Source: a virus (lineage: Duplodnaviria > Caudoviricetes). From it: 64,000 nt of DNA. A program made the translations under genes and the position numbers. Position 1 is the stretch's first letter. Every line of letters begins with the position of its first letter. The DNA lies in the IMG/VR virus record IMGVR_UViG_3300010352_001405, positions 64,001 to 128,000 of that record. One strand, given 5' to 3'. Positions 31,209 to 41,450 of this stretch are shown piece after piece. The notes under the pieces are model-generated. The model had not been told where the DNA came from. It saw nothing but the letters and a program-made list of their open reading frames with translations, and searched no databases.

Positions 31209-31777
31209 TAATTTTCACTCCAATCTTCTTCGCCATATGGATCCATTTCACTGTATACTCTTTTAATTTCTTTCTTTTTTGAAATTGATGAACAATCTTG
31301 TCCAACAGATCCTCGTATACCGTAATTACCGTGTATTCCACTTGTACCGTCAGATCCTCGTATACCGTAATTACCGTGTATTCCACTTGTACCGTAATTA
31401 CCATGAAAACCATAATATGATTCTTTACCTAATTGTTCAGCTATATATTCTGAATATTGTATAGATTTATCTAATTTCTCAGCTATATATTCTGAAAAAT
31501 TAATAGATTCGTTCAATGTATTTGCAATATAATTTGCATATTGAATAGAGTTATTTAATTTTTTTTTAACATCATCATCATTTTTAAATCCATATGTTAA
31601 ACCAGAATATTTAACATCATATAATGGACTAACACCTAATTTTTTATTTGGTGTAACACTTAATGTTTTAGACCGATAAACTTTTTGTTTTATTATTGGA
31701 GATTCTTCCAATAATCTTTGTTTTTCTAATTTTTTTTGATATCTTTTATTAAAAAAATTCACTATAAAATTAACCAT
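31208..31777 (-). CDS. Mosaic repeat protein ending in DPYGEEDW
   Basis: SIQYSEYIAExL repeats, Gly-X-Y repeats, C-terminal motif. Confidence 0.6.
   Translation of the reverse strand: MVNFIVNFFNKRYQKKLEKQRLLEESPIIKQKVYRSKTLSVTPNKKLGVSPLYDVKYSGLTYGFKNDDDVKKKLNNSIQYANYIANTLNESINFSEYIAEKLDKSIQYSEYIAEQLGKESYYGFHGNYGTSGIHGNYGIRGSDGTSGIHGNYGIRGSVGQDCSSISKKKEIKRVYSEMDPYGEEDWSEN
31306..31395. repeat. Exact 45-bp tandem repeat, two copies
   Basis: cagatcctcgtataccgtaattaccgtgtattccacttgtaccgt twice. Confidence 0.9.
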
Positions 31778-32087
31778 TTTTAAATCCGTGATTATTTTTT
31801 GCTTTATCTATAATGGATATTATTATAGGTAAAGTATAGAAATATAATTGTTTAGCATCCATCATGTCCACATTTGGATGTTTATCCATGTAATCTATAC
31901 ATTCATCGATATAATCAGAACAAAACTGATCATATGTATATTGATAATTTATATTATAATTAGATAATGCTAGATTAATTAATGAAATCGATTCTTTAAA
32001 AGAATCGTATCTTTCAACAAAAAGTTCATTTGTGATTCTTTCTTTAAATTCCTTTTTTCTTTCTTCTATATTATTATCAGTTTTCAT
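31770..32087 (-). CDS. Hypothetical protein
   Basis: 105-aa ORF. Confidence 0.55.
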   Translation of the reverse strand: MKTDNNIEERKKEFKERITNELFVERYDSFKESISLINLALSNYNINYQYTYDQFCSDYIDECIDYMDKHPNVDMMDAKQLYFYTLPIIISIIDKAKNNHGFKNG

Positions 32088-32170
32088 TAAAAAACCTTTT
32101 TTGTATTTTATATTATTTTTTTTCTATTTAGTTTTTAAAAATTAATATATAGTTTAAAATAAAACATATT

Positions 32171-34192
32171 ATGTCAGAACAAAATAATAGCATTTTACAA
32201 GATGAACTGAATTCTAATAATGATACAGATTATATAAAATCTTCAAATGCTGTTAAATTATTACCAATAATAACTAATAATCAAGGTAAAATAAAATTAT
32301 ATACTGAAACTAATTCCAATATAAAAATCGGCGATAAGGTTTTTATAATGTATGATGATACTCACATATTTTTTTCAGAAATAATACTGGATAATTATTT
32401 AGAATTTTCGGATTGTGACAATTGGATATTCCTTAAGCAATTCCAAGGTTATGAAGTAATAGATGTAAATGAAAATAATAACGAAATAACAATTAATAGA
32501 TATTATGATCCCAAATTCATTGGTAAGAGTTTTTTTGATCATTATATATCCAAAATTTATATAAGAAATTTAAAATCCACTGGCGGTGAAATAGACGGCG
32601 CCACAATAAGAAATTGTGATCTTAATATGTCAAATGAGAATTTAACACAGGCTATAATTCTAGAAGGAGTTTCCAATAACATATGTTCGAAAAATAAATA
32701 TGATGATGATTATATATCAATAAATTCTTTTGTTTCTACTGCTACGACAATTAGTACATATAAACCATATTTATATAACAATAAAAATACACCGACAATA
32801 TATGAAAATCTAATATCTTCTTATTATAGTAAAAATAATAATAATTATGGATATACTATTATGAATAATGTGAGTATCCAGAATTCAAAAATAGATAACG
32901 GTTATTATTATAATTGTGAATTTAATAATTGTGAATTAAACGGTGGACATTATTCAATGTGTGATTTAAAATCATGTACAGTAAACAATGGTAATTTCGA
33001 AGAATGTGACATTGATAATAATTCAATTTGGTTTTATGGTCAATGGAGTGGTTCTACTGATTTTTTGCCTAATGTTTGGTATGATGGGATTTGGGACTAT
33101 GGAAATTTTTTAGGAAGAGAATGGAAAAATGGTATATTCAATGATGGAAATTTTTCTGGTTCTACATGGAAAGATGGCATATTTAACGGCGGTTCTATGT
33201 ATTATTCCACTTGGTCTAATGGCAGTTTCAATAATGGACTTATAAACTGGACTTATTGGGAAAATGGAATTTTTAACGATGGTGAAATGATAAATTGTAC
33301 TTGGATTGATGGCGTTTGTAATGGTGGTGATTTATTGAACACTTCATGGACAGGAGGTATTTTCAATGATGGTGTTTTTCAAAGAGGAATATGGTATAAT
33401 GGCACATTTAATAATGGACTAATGTATAAAACACATTGGTATAATGGTACATTCAATAATGGCATATTTAATTCAGAAAATAGCGTAACTGATTTAGATG
33501 ATGGTTATATTAAATTAAATAATTTTACATCTACTGACAGTTATTGGGAATATGGTTATTTTATGAATGGAAATTTCAAAAACAGTATATGGCAGGACGG
33601 AATATTTTATAATGGATTTTTTGAGGAAAATAGTTTTTGGTTCGACGGCACCTTCAAGTACGGTGAATTTAAAAATAGTTTTTGGGCCGGTGGTACAAAT
33701 TTAAATACTAGTGTTTTTGAGAACGGTAATGTGACATCATCATATTTTCACAATGTTAACTGGATATCTGGGAATTGGAATAGCGGTCAACTAGGTATGC
33801 CATTGGCGACAATACCGTGTATAGTGTACTGGAGCGGAGGCACTTTCAATAATGGTATTTTTGGAAGCGGCAATCAAAATATGTCCAGTGATACTGATGT
33901 TCGATGGTATAACGGTAATTTTTATAATGGAACATTTTATAGTTATTATATAAATGAAGAATCAGATTCACCCAATTCTTCATGTATAGAATACACAGGA
34001 GAATGTGGTTTTCATGATGGGATTTTTTACAATGGCAATTTTTATGGAACTTTCTGGGGAGGAGTGTGGATGACTGGAAACTTTGATGGTTGCAATAAAT
34101 CAGGTAAGCTTATATCTAATTATTATTTACAAAATAATCTTCAATATGGAGTTATAATAAAAAGATATGGTGACGGTAAAATTAATGATTGA
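32171..34192 (+). CDS. Pentapeptide-like (W/F)xxGx repeat beta-helix protein, probably virion-associated
   Basis: Many WxxGxFxxGxF repeats; TAATATATA upstream. Confidence 0.6.
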   Translation: MSEQNNSILQDELNSNNDTDYIKSSNAVKLLPIITNNQGKIKLYTETNSNIKIGDKVFIMYDDTHIFFSEIILDNYLEFSDCDNWIFLKQFQGYEVIDVNENNNEITINRYYDPKFIGKSFFDHYISKIYIRNLKSTGGEIDGATIRNCDLNMSNENLTQAIILEGVSNNICSKNKYDDDYISINSFVSTATTISTYKPYLYNNKNTPTIYENLISSYYSKNNNNYGYTIMNNVSIQNSKIDNGYYYNCEFNNCELNGGHYSMCDLKSCTVNNGNFEECDIDNNSIWFYGQWSGSTDFLPNVWYDGIWDYGNFLGREWKNGIFNDGNFSGSTWKDGIFNGGSMYYSTWSNGSFNNGLINWTYWENGIFNDGEMINCTWIDGVCNGGDLLNTSWTGGIFNDGVFQRGIWYNGTFNNGLMYKTHWYNGTFNNGIFNSENSVTDLDDGYIKLNNFTSTDSYWEYGYFMNGNFKNSIWQDGIFYNGFFEENSFWFDGTFKYGEFKNSFWAGGTNLNTSVFENGNVTSSYFHNVNWISGNWNSGQLGMPLATIPCIVYWSGGTFNNGIFGSGNQNMSSDTDVRWYNGNFYNGTFYSYYINEESDSPNSSCIEYTGECGFHDGIFYNGNFYGTFWGGVWMTGNFDGCNKSGKLISNYYLQNNLQYGVIIKRYGDGKIND

Positions 34193-34242
34193 TTCTTTAA
34201 GAACAGACCATTATCTATTTATATATAATAATAAAAAAAATT

Positions 34243-35070
34243 ATGGATACTTTAAAAAAGATATGGGAATTTATTAAAAAATTCTCGCCTTTTATATTTT
34301 TCATAACAACTGTCTTGTTAATGGTATTTCTTTTTCAAACATGTAACACATTAAAAAATGAAAGAGCTCAAAGAGAATATGAAAACAAGCTTAATGAACA
34401 AAATTTTAAAGCAAAAACAAACGATATCACAGTTGGATTTAATAAAAAATTAAAAGCGTGGGAATTTGAAAAAGCCAGTTATATTTTAAAATTGGAAGAT
34501 TTAGAAAAATATGATAAAGGATTATCTGATACTATAAAGAAATTGAAAGGTAAAATAGCAATATTAATATCTACTAATAGTACAATAGATATAGGTAAAA
34601 CTACAATAGGTAACGATTTAATAAAATTGAATGAAGAACATTACGGTTTAAATTTCACTTCCAGATATAGTGATCCAGGTCTATTTCAAGTTATATCTGG
34701 TCAAAGTAGATTTTATGCTATTCAAGAAAAAATAGTAGAAGGAAATAATACTACGGTTAATTGGCATATAAAATCTGATAGTACTATAATAGATACTAAT
34801 TACATGAAAATAAAGATCATATATGGACTTAGAGAAAGTGACAAGTATTATAATGTATTTGCTTCAACATCATCCCCTAAAGTAATCTTTACTGATTTGA
34901 CAGGAGGATATTTCATAGATAAACAACCCCCATTACCATCACAAAAACCAAAGAGATGGGGAATTGGTCCTTATGTTGGAGCGGGATTAAATTTAGATTT
35001 AAATGGAGCTAATCCAAGATTTGGATGGAGTGTCGGGGTTTCTATTAATTACGATATATGGCAATGGTAA
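34243..35070 (+). CDS. Membrane-anchored protein (N-terminal TM, coiled coil, C-terminal beta hairpin); possibly lysis-related
   Basis: FIFFITTVLLMVFLF; KRWGIGPYVG..VGVSINYDIWQW. Confidence 0.45.
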   Translation: MDTLKKIWEFIKKFSPFIFFITTVLLMVFLFQTCNTLKNERAQREYENKLNEQNFKAKTNDITVGFNKKLKAWEFEKASYILKLEDLEKYDKGLSDTIKKLKGKIAILISTNSTIDIGKTTIGNDLIKLNEEHYGLNFTSRYSDPGLFQVISGQSRFYAIQEKIVEGNNTTVNWHIKSDSTIIDTNYMKIKIIYGLRESDKYYNVFASTSSPKVIFTDLTGGYFIDKQPPLPSQKPKRWGIGPYVGAGLNLDLNGANPRFGWSVGVSINYDIWQW

Positions 35071-35172
35071 GAAATAAAATGATTTTTTAATTTAATATAT
35101 AAATATGGATAAAATTTAATAAAAAAATCAATTTTTGATTTTAATATATAAATAAAAAATAAAAATAAAATT

Positions 35173-35652
35173 ATGAATAAAAATTTATTTGAATTTGGCG
35201 AATTTCAAGGAAGAAGAAAAAATCCACACATTCTCAACGAAAATGTTCAAGCTGTTGATGATGTTTATAGAGTACGTAAACGTATTGATATTCCTATGTC
35301 TCTTGTTAATGCTTTCAAAAAGAAAGTAAAAGATGAAAGTGGTAAAAATATTAGTCAATTCTATTCAGACGTTGAATTATCTGAAGAAATTGCCGATTAT
35401 ATTATTACATCATATGTTAGCATAGAAAATCTTCCAGTTAATTTAATTCTTGGTGATCAATATTCTAAATCACAAGGACAAGCTCAAGCTCAAGCACAAG
35501 TACCTGGTACTGAAGATCTTGACGAAACACAGACTATACAAGGTCAACCACAAGGACAACCACAACCACAAGGACAACCACAGGCTCAGACACCACCAGC
35601 ACAAAAAACGGCTGCTCAAATTCCACCGGCACAAGGAGGTCAATCAATATAA
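35173..35652 (+). CDS. Hypothetical protein with Q/P-rich tail
   Basis: LFEFGEF leader, ILNE, QGQPQ repeats. Confidence 0.6.
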   Translation: MNKNLFEFGEFQGRRKNPHILNENVQAVDDVYRVRKRIDIPMSLVNAFKKKVKDESGKNISQFYSDVELSEEIADYIITSYVSIENLPVNLILGDQYSKSQGQAQAQAQVPGTEDLDETQTIQGQPQGQPQPQGQPQAQTPPAQKTAAQIPPAQGGQSI

Positions 35653-35660
35653 AAATTTGA

Positions 35661-36461
35661 ATGATGAATGATTTAAATGACTTGTATAAAATTTATGAAG
35701 CCAATATAAAGGTAGATGATACTCCGCGCAGTACGGACAACAATCCTATAAAAGTCGGAGACATTCTTGTTGCCTTATATAATGGAAAAGAAATAAGAGG
35801 TGAAGTATTGGCTGTTTATGAAAGTTATTATCATTTGAAAGGAAAAAATGGTACGTTGAAGGTGACTATGGATGATATAACTGAACATTATCCAAAAAAT
35901 AGGACTTTTGAAAATAAAGTAAATAAAAAATTTAGTGAAATTGAATCATCTATCAAAAAAGTTAACGAAAATGTGCCAGATCAAAATCAAAAAGAAGAAC
36001 AAAAACCTTTATTAAAAAAGAAAAAAATAATAAAGGATTTTGAGAAAGAAGAAATCAAGAACAATCCTGATAATCAAGTAGATTTAACAGTGGAAAATAA
36101 CATCATGGATAATGTTAGAACTATTGGTAAAGTCGTTTATTATAAAGAAATTAAATTTAGTCAAATAAACGACATGTTCGAAAAAAAATTATTATCTAGA
36201 GAAATATATTGGTATCTTTTAACTGAAAAACAAAATGAAATTCATGTAATTAGAAATAATGATAAGGGAGTTGAAATCCAGCCTTTTGTTAGTACACTAG
36301 TTGGTCATCTTTTGAAAAAAGATAATAAATTAAATGAATCTTTTAATCAAATAAGAATTAAAGGAAATAATGGATTTTCTGTTATATCAAATATTCCACA
36401 AAATGTGCATAAACAATTATTAAATAGTTTAATTGGATTATTAAGTGAAATTAAAAAATAA
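35661..36461 (+). CDS. Hypothetical protein with SH3/KOW-like N-domain
   Basis: IKVGDIL..GEVL. Confidence 0.5.
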   Translation: MMNDLNDLYKIYEANIKVDDTPRSTDNNPIKVGDILVALYNGKEIRGEVLAVYESYYHLKGKNGTLKVTMDDITEHYPKNRTFENKVNKKFSEIESSIKKVNENVPDQNQKEEQKPLLKKKKIIKDFEKEEIKNNPDNQVDLTVENNIMDNVRTIGKVVYYKEIKFSQINDMFEKKLLSREIYWYLLTEKQNEIHVIRNNDKGVEIQPFVSTLVGHLLKKDNKLNESFNQIRIKGNNGFSVISNIPQNVHKQLLNSLIGLLSEIKK

Positions 36462-36535
36462 TTATGTGATAATAAAAAAACAAAACCGACTTCTTCTACA
36501 AACCAGCATGAATCAACATCAAGAGATTTAAAAAC

Positions 36536-37285
36536 ATGATAAAGAATTTTAAAATATTTGAACAATTAAATATATCAGATATTGATCCTTATGGTGAAGA
36601 AGACTGGAACGATGATAATGATACTCCGATAATAACTATCGCTAAAAAACAAAATATACCATTAGATAAAATAACATATTTAGATTGTTGTAATAATAGA
36701 TTAACGAATTTAGAAGGAATTGAACATTTAACGAATTTAGAGATATTATATTGTTCTAATAATCAATTAACTAATTTAGATGGAATTGAACATTTAACTG
36801 ATTTAAAAACATTATATTGTTCTTATAATTCATTAACTAGTTTAGAAGGCATTGAAAGTTTAACGAATTTAAGATATTTACATTGTTCTAATAATCAATT
36901 AACTAGTTTAGAAGGAATTGAACAATTAACGAATTTAGAGATATTATATTGTTATAATAATGAATTAACCAGTTTAGAAGGAATTGAACATTTAACTGAT
37001 TTAAAAACATTATATTGTTCTTATAATTCATTAACTATTTTGGAAGGTATTGAACATTTAACTAATTTAAGAGAATTATATTGTCATAATAATCAATTAA
37101 CTAATTTAAATGGTATTGAACATTTGACTAATTTACAAGTATTATCTTGTTATAGTAATCGATTAACTAGTTTAGAAGGAATTGAACATTTAACTAATTT
37201 AAGATATTTACATTGTTCTAATAATAGATTCACCCAAGAATATAAAAATTATTTAAAATTAAAATTAAAAATACGTATAGAGTAA
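36536..37285 (+). CDS. Leucine-rich repeat protein (22-aa repeats)
   Basis: About 9 copies of LxxLYCxxNxLTxLEGIEHLTN; MIKNFKIFE leader and DPYGEEDW. Confidence 0.9.
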   Translation: MIKNFKIFEQLNISDIDPYGEEDWNDDNDTPIITIAKKQNIPLDKITYLDCCNNRLTNLEGIEHLTNLEILYCSNNQLTNLDGIEHLTDLKTLYCSYNSLTSLEGIESLTNLRYLHCSNNQLTSLEGIEQLTNLEILYCYNNELTSLEGIEHLTDLKTLYCSYNSLTILEGIEHLTNLRELYCHNNQLTNLNGIEHLTNLQVLSCYSNRLTSLEGIEHLTNLRYLHCSNNRFTQEYKNYLKLKLKIRIE

Positions 37286-37395
37286 TAAATATACTATTAG
37301 ATCAAATAAGTAGATATAATATTATTTTTTTGTTTTAATATATAGTTTTATAATATAACATTTAAAGATGTTTATTAAAAAAAAATAAAAAAACC

Positions 37396-37803
37396 ATGAA
37401 TAATTTAAAGACATACACACAGTACAACGAAGGAATATTAATTCCTAAAAAAAATGACGATGTTGCAAAGAAAATTTTAAATTACATAACAGAACATATT
37501 GATGATCGATATTATGTTAATTTTTCTAAAAAAGAACAAATTTATATTGCCGACATTAATTTATCAGAAATGCCTGATGATCCTCTTGGATATACAGATT
37601 GGAATAGTGATGATATTTTCACATTATACAGTTCTATATCATATGTGAAAATTGATGATAAACAATTAGATGTTTCTGATTATTTGATAAAAAAAATATA
37701 CAGAACATTTGAAAATATAGATAATGTTAAAAAACAAAAAGAAAGAAAAGGAAATGTTAATACAAATAAAAAATTAAATATGGATGATATTAGGAGAATT
37801 TAA
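37396..37803 (+). CDS. Paralog array member 1
   Basis: MNNLKTYTQYNE; degenerate DPLGYTDW. Confidence 0.65.
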   Translation: MNNLKTYTQYNEGILIPKKNDDVAKKILNYITEHIDDRYYVNFSKKEQIYIADINLSEMPDDPLGYTDWNSDDIFTLYSSISYVKIDDKQLDVSDYLIKKIYRTFENIDNVKKQKERKGNVNTNKKLNMDDIRRI

Positions 37804-37819
37804 AAAAAATAAAAAAATC

Positions 37820-38245
37820 ATGAATAATTTGAAGACATATACACAATACAACGAATCATTGTTTTTTAATAAAGATAATAAAAGACTCGATAAACTTATA
37901 GAAATTATAAAGAAAAATTTTGATAAAAGATATCTAACGGGGATTTATTATGATGATGATGGTCATGAGTTTACTTATACATTAAGATGTAATAAAGAAA
38001 ATAAACATCTAGTGGTTGATCCATACGATGAAGAAAATTGGGAAGAAAATTCCGATTTGTTAATAAAAGTTGAACACGGTTTTGATGATAGTTATAGAGT
38101 AATAGTAAATGGAGTAAAATTAAATACATCGAATTCAAAAGCTAAAAAATTATATAATTTTTTTTGTAACCCAGATAAAGATAAAATAAAAAAGGAAGAA
38201 TTGATTAAAAAAAAGAATATTAGAAATTTCATAGATGAAATGTAA
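37820..38245 (+). CDS. Paralog array member 2
   Basis: MNNLKTYTQYNE (start 37820); DPYDEENW. Confidence 0.65.
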   Translation: MNNLKTYTQYNESLFFNKDNKRLDKLIEIIKKNFDKRYLTGIYYDDDGHEFTYTLRCNKENKHLVVDPYDEENWEENSDLLIKVEHGFDDSYRVIVNGVKLNTSNSKAKKLYNFFCNPDKDKIKKEELIKKKNIRNFIDEM

Positions 38246-38260
38246 AAAAATAAAAAATCC

Positions 38261-38677
38261 ATGAACAATATAAAGACATACATACAATACAATGAAGGAA
38301 GATTGATATCAAAAAAACACGATAATGTTGCAAAGAAAATTTTAAAATATATCAATAAATATGATGTGGATTATAATTTTAGTATGACATTAAATGGTTA
38401 CTATTTTCATATAGATTCTTCAAAAATAAAAAGATTAAATGATCCTTACAACGAAGAAGATTGGGGAACTGAAAGGATTAACATGTCTATTAAGAAAGAA
38501 AATGGTGAGTTATCGACATTCTATATTCTGTCTATTGAATACGAAGAAATGGAAGTTTCTAATTATTTAGCCAAAAAAATATATAGATCATTTGAAAATA
38601 TGGATAATATTAAGAAAGAAAGAAAGAGAAATGCCGAAGCAAATAAAGCATTAGATTTATTAAATAAAATAAATTAA
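38261..38677 (+). CDS. Paralog array member 3
   Basis: MNNIKTYIQYNE; DPYNEEDW. Confidence 0.65.
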   Translation: MNNIKTYIQYNEGRLISKKHDNVAKKILKYINKYDVDYNFSMTLNGYYFHIDSSKIKRLNDPYNEEDWGTERINMSIKKENGELSTFYILSIEYEEMEVSNYLAKKIYRSFENMDNIKKERKRNAEANKALDLLNKIN

Positions 38678-38681
38678 AAAT

Positions 38682-39077
38682 ATGAATAATGTTCAATCAT
38701 ATATTCAATACAATGAGGAATTATTTTTCGGTTCTAAATATAGAAATTTAGTTAATAAATTATACTATTATATATCTAAGATGAGCATAAATGATATTGT
38801 AGTATACGATAATATTTGTCGTATTCACATTATTGCTAATAATAATAAAGAAGTCGATCCATATGGTGAAGAAAATTGGGGTGAAGATTTGATTGTAGAA
38901 GTATTTTTAGAAGAACATTATCCTTATTTAAGGATAAACGGTGATATGGTAGATATTAAATTAAGAGAGGCTAGAAATTTAAGTAATTTGATAAAAAAAA
39001 GATTAGTTAAAAAAGAAAAAGATGAAAGAGATGAAAGAATAAATAGAGCAACTAGAGGATTTTTATCAAAAAAATAG
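38682..39077 (+). CDS. Paralog array member 4
   Basis: MNNVQSYIQYNE; DPYGEENW. Confidence 0.65.
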   Translation: MNNVQSYIQYNEELFFGSKYRNLVNKLYYYISKMSINDIVVYDNICRIHIIANNNKEVDPYGEENWGEDLIVEVFLEEHYPYLRINGDMVDIKLREARNLSNLIKKRLVKKEKDERDERINRATRGFLSKK

Positions 39078-39123
39078 AATATAAATATTTATATATAATA
39101 TAAAAAAAATAATCATAAACAAA

Positions 39124-39540
39124 ATGGCAAAAGAAAAAATAAACAATTTGTTGAAATTTGAAGAATATGATCATCTTCAACCACATCAAAAACCAACAAA
39201 GAAAACAGAAATTGGCGGATTTGCTGTTTTAGAAGGACTATCCGTCAAAGAATTGATCAAAATGGCCGCTGAAAAATCAGGCAAATCAAAAAAAGAATTG
39301 AAAAATCTTTCTCCTAAAAAATTGAAAAAAATTATTGGTGAAAATAAAATTAAAATCGGAAAACCAAAAGAAAAAAAAGTTGAAAAACCCGAAGTTCAAG
39401 AAGAAGAAAAGGAAAAAGAAGAAGTAAAAGAAAATTTATTAATAGAAAAGAAAAAAGCTTCAGCCAAACAACTAGCCGCTAGAAAAAGATTTATAGAAAT
39501 GATCAAAAAGAATAAAAAAGAAAAAGAAAAGGAAGATTAA
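39124..39540 (+). CDS. Lys/Glu-rich protein, possible internal DNA-binding protein
   Basis: LLKFEEY; ASAKQLAARKRF. Confidence 0.55.
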   Translation: MAKEKINNLLKFEEYDHLQPHQKPTKKTEIGGFAVLEGLSVKELIKMAAEKSGKSKKELKNLSPKKLKKIIGENKIKIGKPKEKKVEKPEVQEEEKEKEEVKENLLIEKKKASAKQLAARKRFIEMIKKNKKEKEKED

Positions 39541-39564
39541 TTAAAAAAAAATAAATAAAAACAC

Positions 39565-39891
39565 ATGAAAAAATTCACTAAAAAAATTGGTTCTATAAAT
39601 GAACGTAAATTCATTGATAAAACTAAAAACACTATATATTCATTTATTAAAGAAAATATTACAATTAAAATAGATGGTAATAAAGGTTATATTGATGGTA
39701 ACGTCGATATATCATTGGATGGAATTGAGGATCTTACAGAAGTTCTTTACAATTATGTTCAACAAGAAAAGGCCAAACAAGAAGTTTTGACATTAGAAAA
39801 AATTAAGATCAATGCATCAATCGGTTCTTTTAATATTAAAGAAATTAATGAACATATCGAAAATTTGAATGAAAAATTAAAAATCAAATGA
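39565..39891 (+). CDS. Hypothetical protein
   Basis: MKKFTKKIGSINE. Confidence 0.55.
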   Translation: MKKFTKKIGSINERKFIDKTKNTIYSFIKENITIKIDGNKGYIDGNVDISLDGIEDLTEVLYNYVQQEKAKQEVLTLEKIKINASIGSFNIKEINEHIENLNEKLKIK

Positions 39892-39898
39892 TAATATT

Positions 39899-40051
39899 AT
39901 GAAAAAGATTAAAAAACTAGAGAATTGGTTATCTGAAGAATTCGGTTCAGGAGATGTTCCTGCTTGTTCATGTGGTAAAAAGAAAAAAAAGAAAAATAAA
40001 AAAAGTAAATTGACTCCAAATAAATGGACAAAATGGGAAGAAATTAAATAA
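39899..40051 (+). CDS. 50-aa basic protein not in the ORF track
   Basis: MKKIKKLENWLSEEFGSGDVPACSCGKKKKKK...; terminator directly after. Confidence 0.55.
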   Translation: MKKIKKLENWLSEEFGSGDVPACSCGKKKKKKNKKSKLTPNKWTKWEEIK

Positions 40052-40082
40052 AAAAAACCACTCGATCAGAGTGGTTTTTTTT
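40052..40082. terminator. Bidirectional terminator
   Basis: aaaaaaaccactc-gatca-gagtggttttttt. Confidence 0.75.
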
Positions 40083-40103
40083 ATTTAATTCAACATAAAC
40101 ATT

Positions 40104-40835
40104 TTATTTTTCACCGTAGATATCTTTTTTAATCTCCTCCATTACCCACACCACTGCATCGTAAGTTCCATCAATAACATAATCATATAAACTTTCAACT
40201 TCTGGTGGATCATCATAATATTTATTATCCAAAAGAATTTGATCTATATCACTTTGATATTTAAGATAAAAATCCATTAAATCTGCATCCTCAACAAAAC
40301 CTTCCAAGATTTCTTCTGAATTTGATTCTATATAATCATCTATAAATTTTTGAACTTTAGTTACATCACCTTTTAAAGTTTTATCAAGTAAATCTAAGAC
40401 CCCCATTTTTAATGATAAATATTCATTTGATAATTTTTCTTTCAACTCATCATCAAATCCTTCGTTTAATGGAAAGATTTCTTTAAATGTTTTTAATTTT
40501 TCATCCATTTGTTTAATATTAATTTGTACTTCATAATTCTTCAATATATTATAAAGATTTTCTATATCTTCATAAACGTTATCGATTAATTGTTCATCCC
40601 CCTTTTCGTCTTTAACGACTTTATTTTTAATGTCTATGAAATAGTTTTTCTTTCCGCTTCTATTAAATAATAATTCAAATCCGTTTTTTGTCTCGTTAAA
40701 TGAATCAAAATAATTACTTTTTATAACATCATGATTGTAAATATAATCACTAACTTCTTTGGATAAATTTAGCAAATCTGTGAATGAATGGTGATTTTCA
40801 TATTGTTCGAAATATTTAGAAAAATTTAATGTCAT
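40104..40835 (-). CDS. Hypothetical acidic protein
   Basis: 243 aa; internal LKTFKEIFPLNE leader-like segment. Confidence 0.55.
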   Translation of the reverse strand: MTLNFSKYFEQYENHHSFTDLLNLSKEVSDYIYNHDVIKSNYFDSFNETKNGFELLFNRSGKKNYFIDIKNKVVKDEKGDEQLIDNVYEDIENLYNILKNYEVQINIKQMDEKLKTFKEIFPLNEGFDDELKEKLSNEYLSLKMGVLDLLDKTLKGDVTKVQKFIDDYIESNSEEILEGFVEDADLMDFYLKYQSDIDQILLDNKYYDDPPEVESLYDYVIDGTYDAVVWVMEEIKKDIYGEK

Positions 40836-40923
40836 GTTTTTTTATTTTTTTTTTATCTTAAACATATATATTAAAATAAAAAAATAATATTATATCTACT
40901 TATTTGATCTAATAGTATATTTA

Positions 40924-41297
40924 TTACTCTATACGTATTTTTAATTTTAATTTTAAATAATTTTTATATTCTTGGGTGAATCTATTATTAGAACATTTTA
41001 AATATCTTAAATTCGTTAAACTTTCAATCCCTTCTAAATTGGTTAATTGATTATTAAAACAAATTAATTGTCTTAAATTCGTTAAATTTTCAATTCCGTA
41101 TAGATCTGTTAATTGATTATTATAGCAATATAACACTTTTAAATCCGTTAAATGTTCAATTCCTTCTAAACTAAACTAGTTAATTGATTATTACAACAAT
41201 CTAAATATGTTATTTTATCTAATGGTATATTTTGTTTTTTAGCTATCCGTATTATCGGGGCATCATTGTACTGTGTGTATGTCTTTAAATTATTCAT
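40924..41297 (-). pseudogene. Frameshifted chimeric LRR gene copy
   Basis: MNNLKTYTQYN fused to the LRR body. A 5-bp duplication (tttag) near 41170 causes a stop. 3' end nearly identical to 36536..37285. Confidence 0.8.
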
Positions 41298-41450
41298 GGT
41301 TTTTTTATTTTTTTTTAATAAACATCTTTAAATGTTATATTATAAAACTATATATTAAAACAAAAAAACCAAAATTTTAAAACTTTAAATAGAAAAGAAA
41401 ATATAATTTCATAAGATAAATATTTTACTAACTTTTAAACTAAAAAGAAC

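Noticed and set aside
31306-31400. Possible CRISPR array (also 7200-7760)
   Set aside because: Contiguous in-frame coding repeats with no unique spacers and no cas genes.
36536-41297. Diversity-generating retroelement TR/VR pair
   Set aside because: Differences between the LRR copies are not adenine-specific, and there is no reverse transcriptase in the window.
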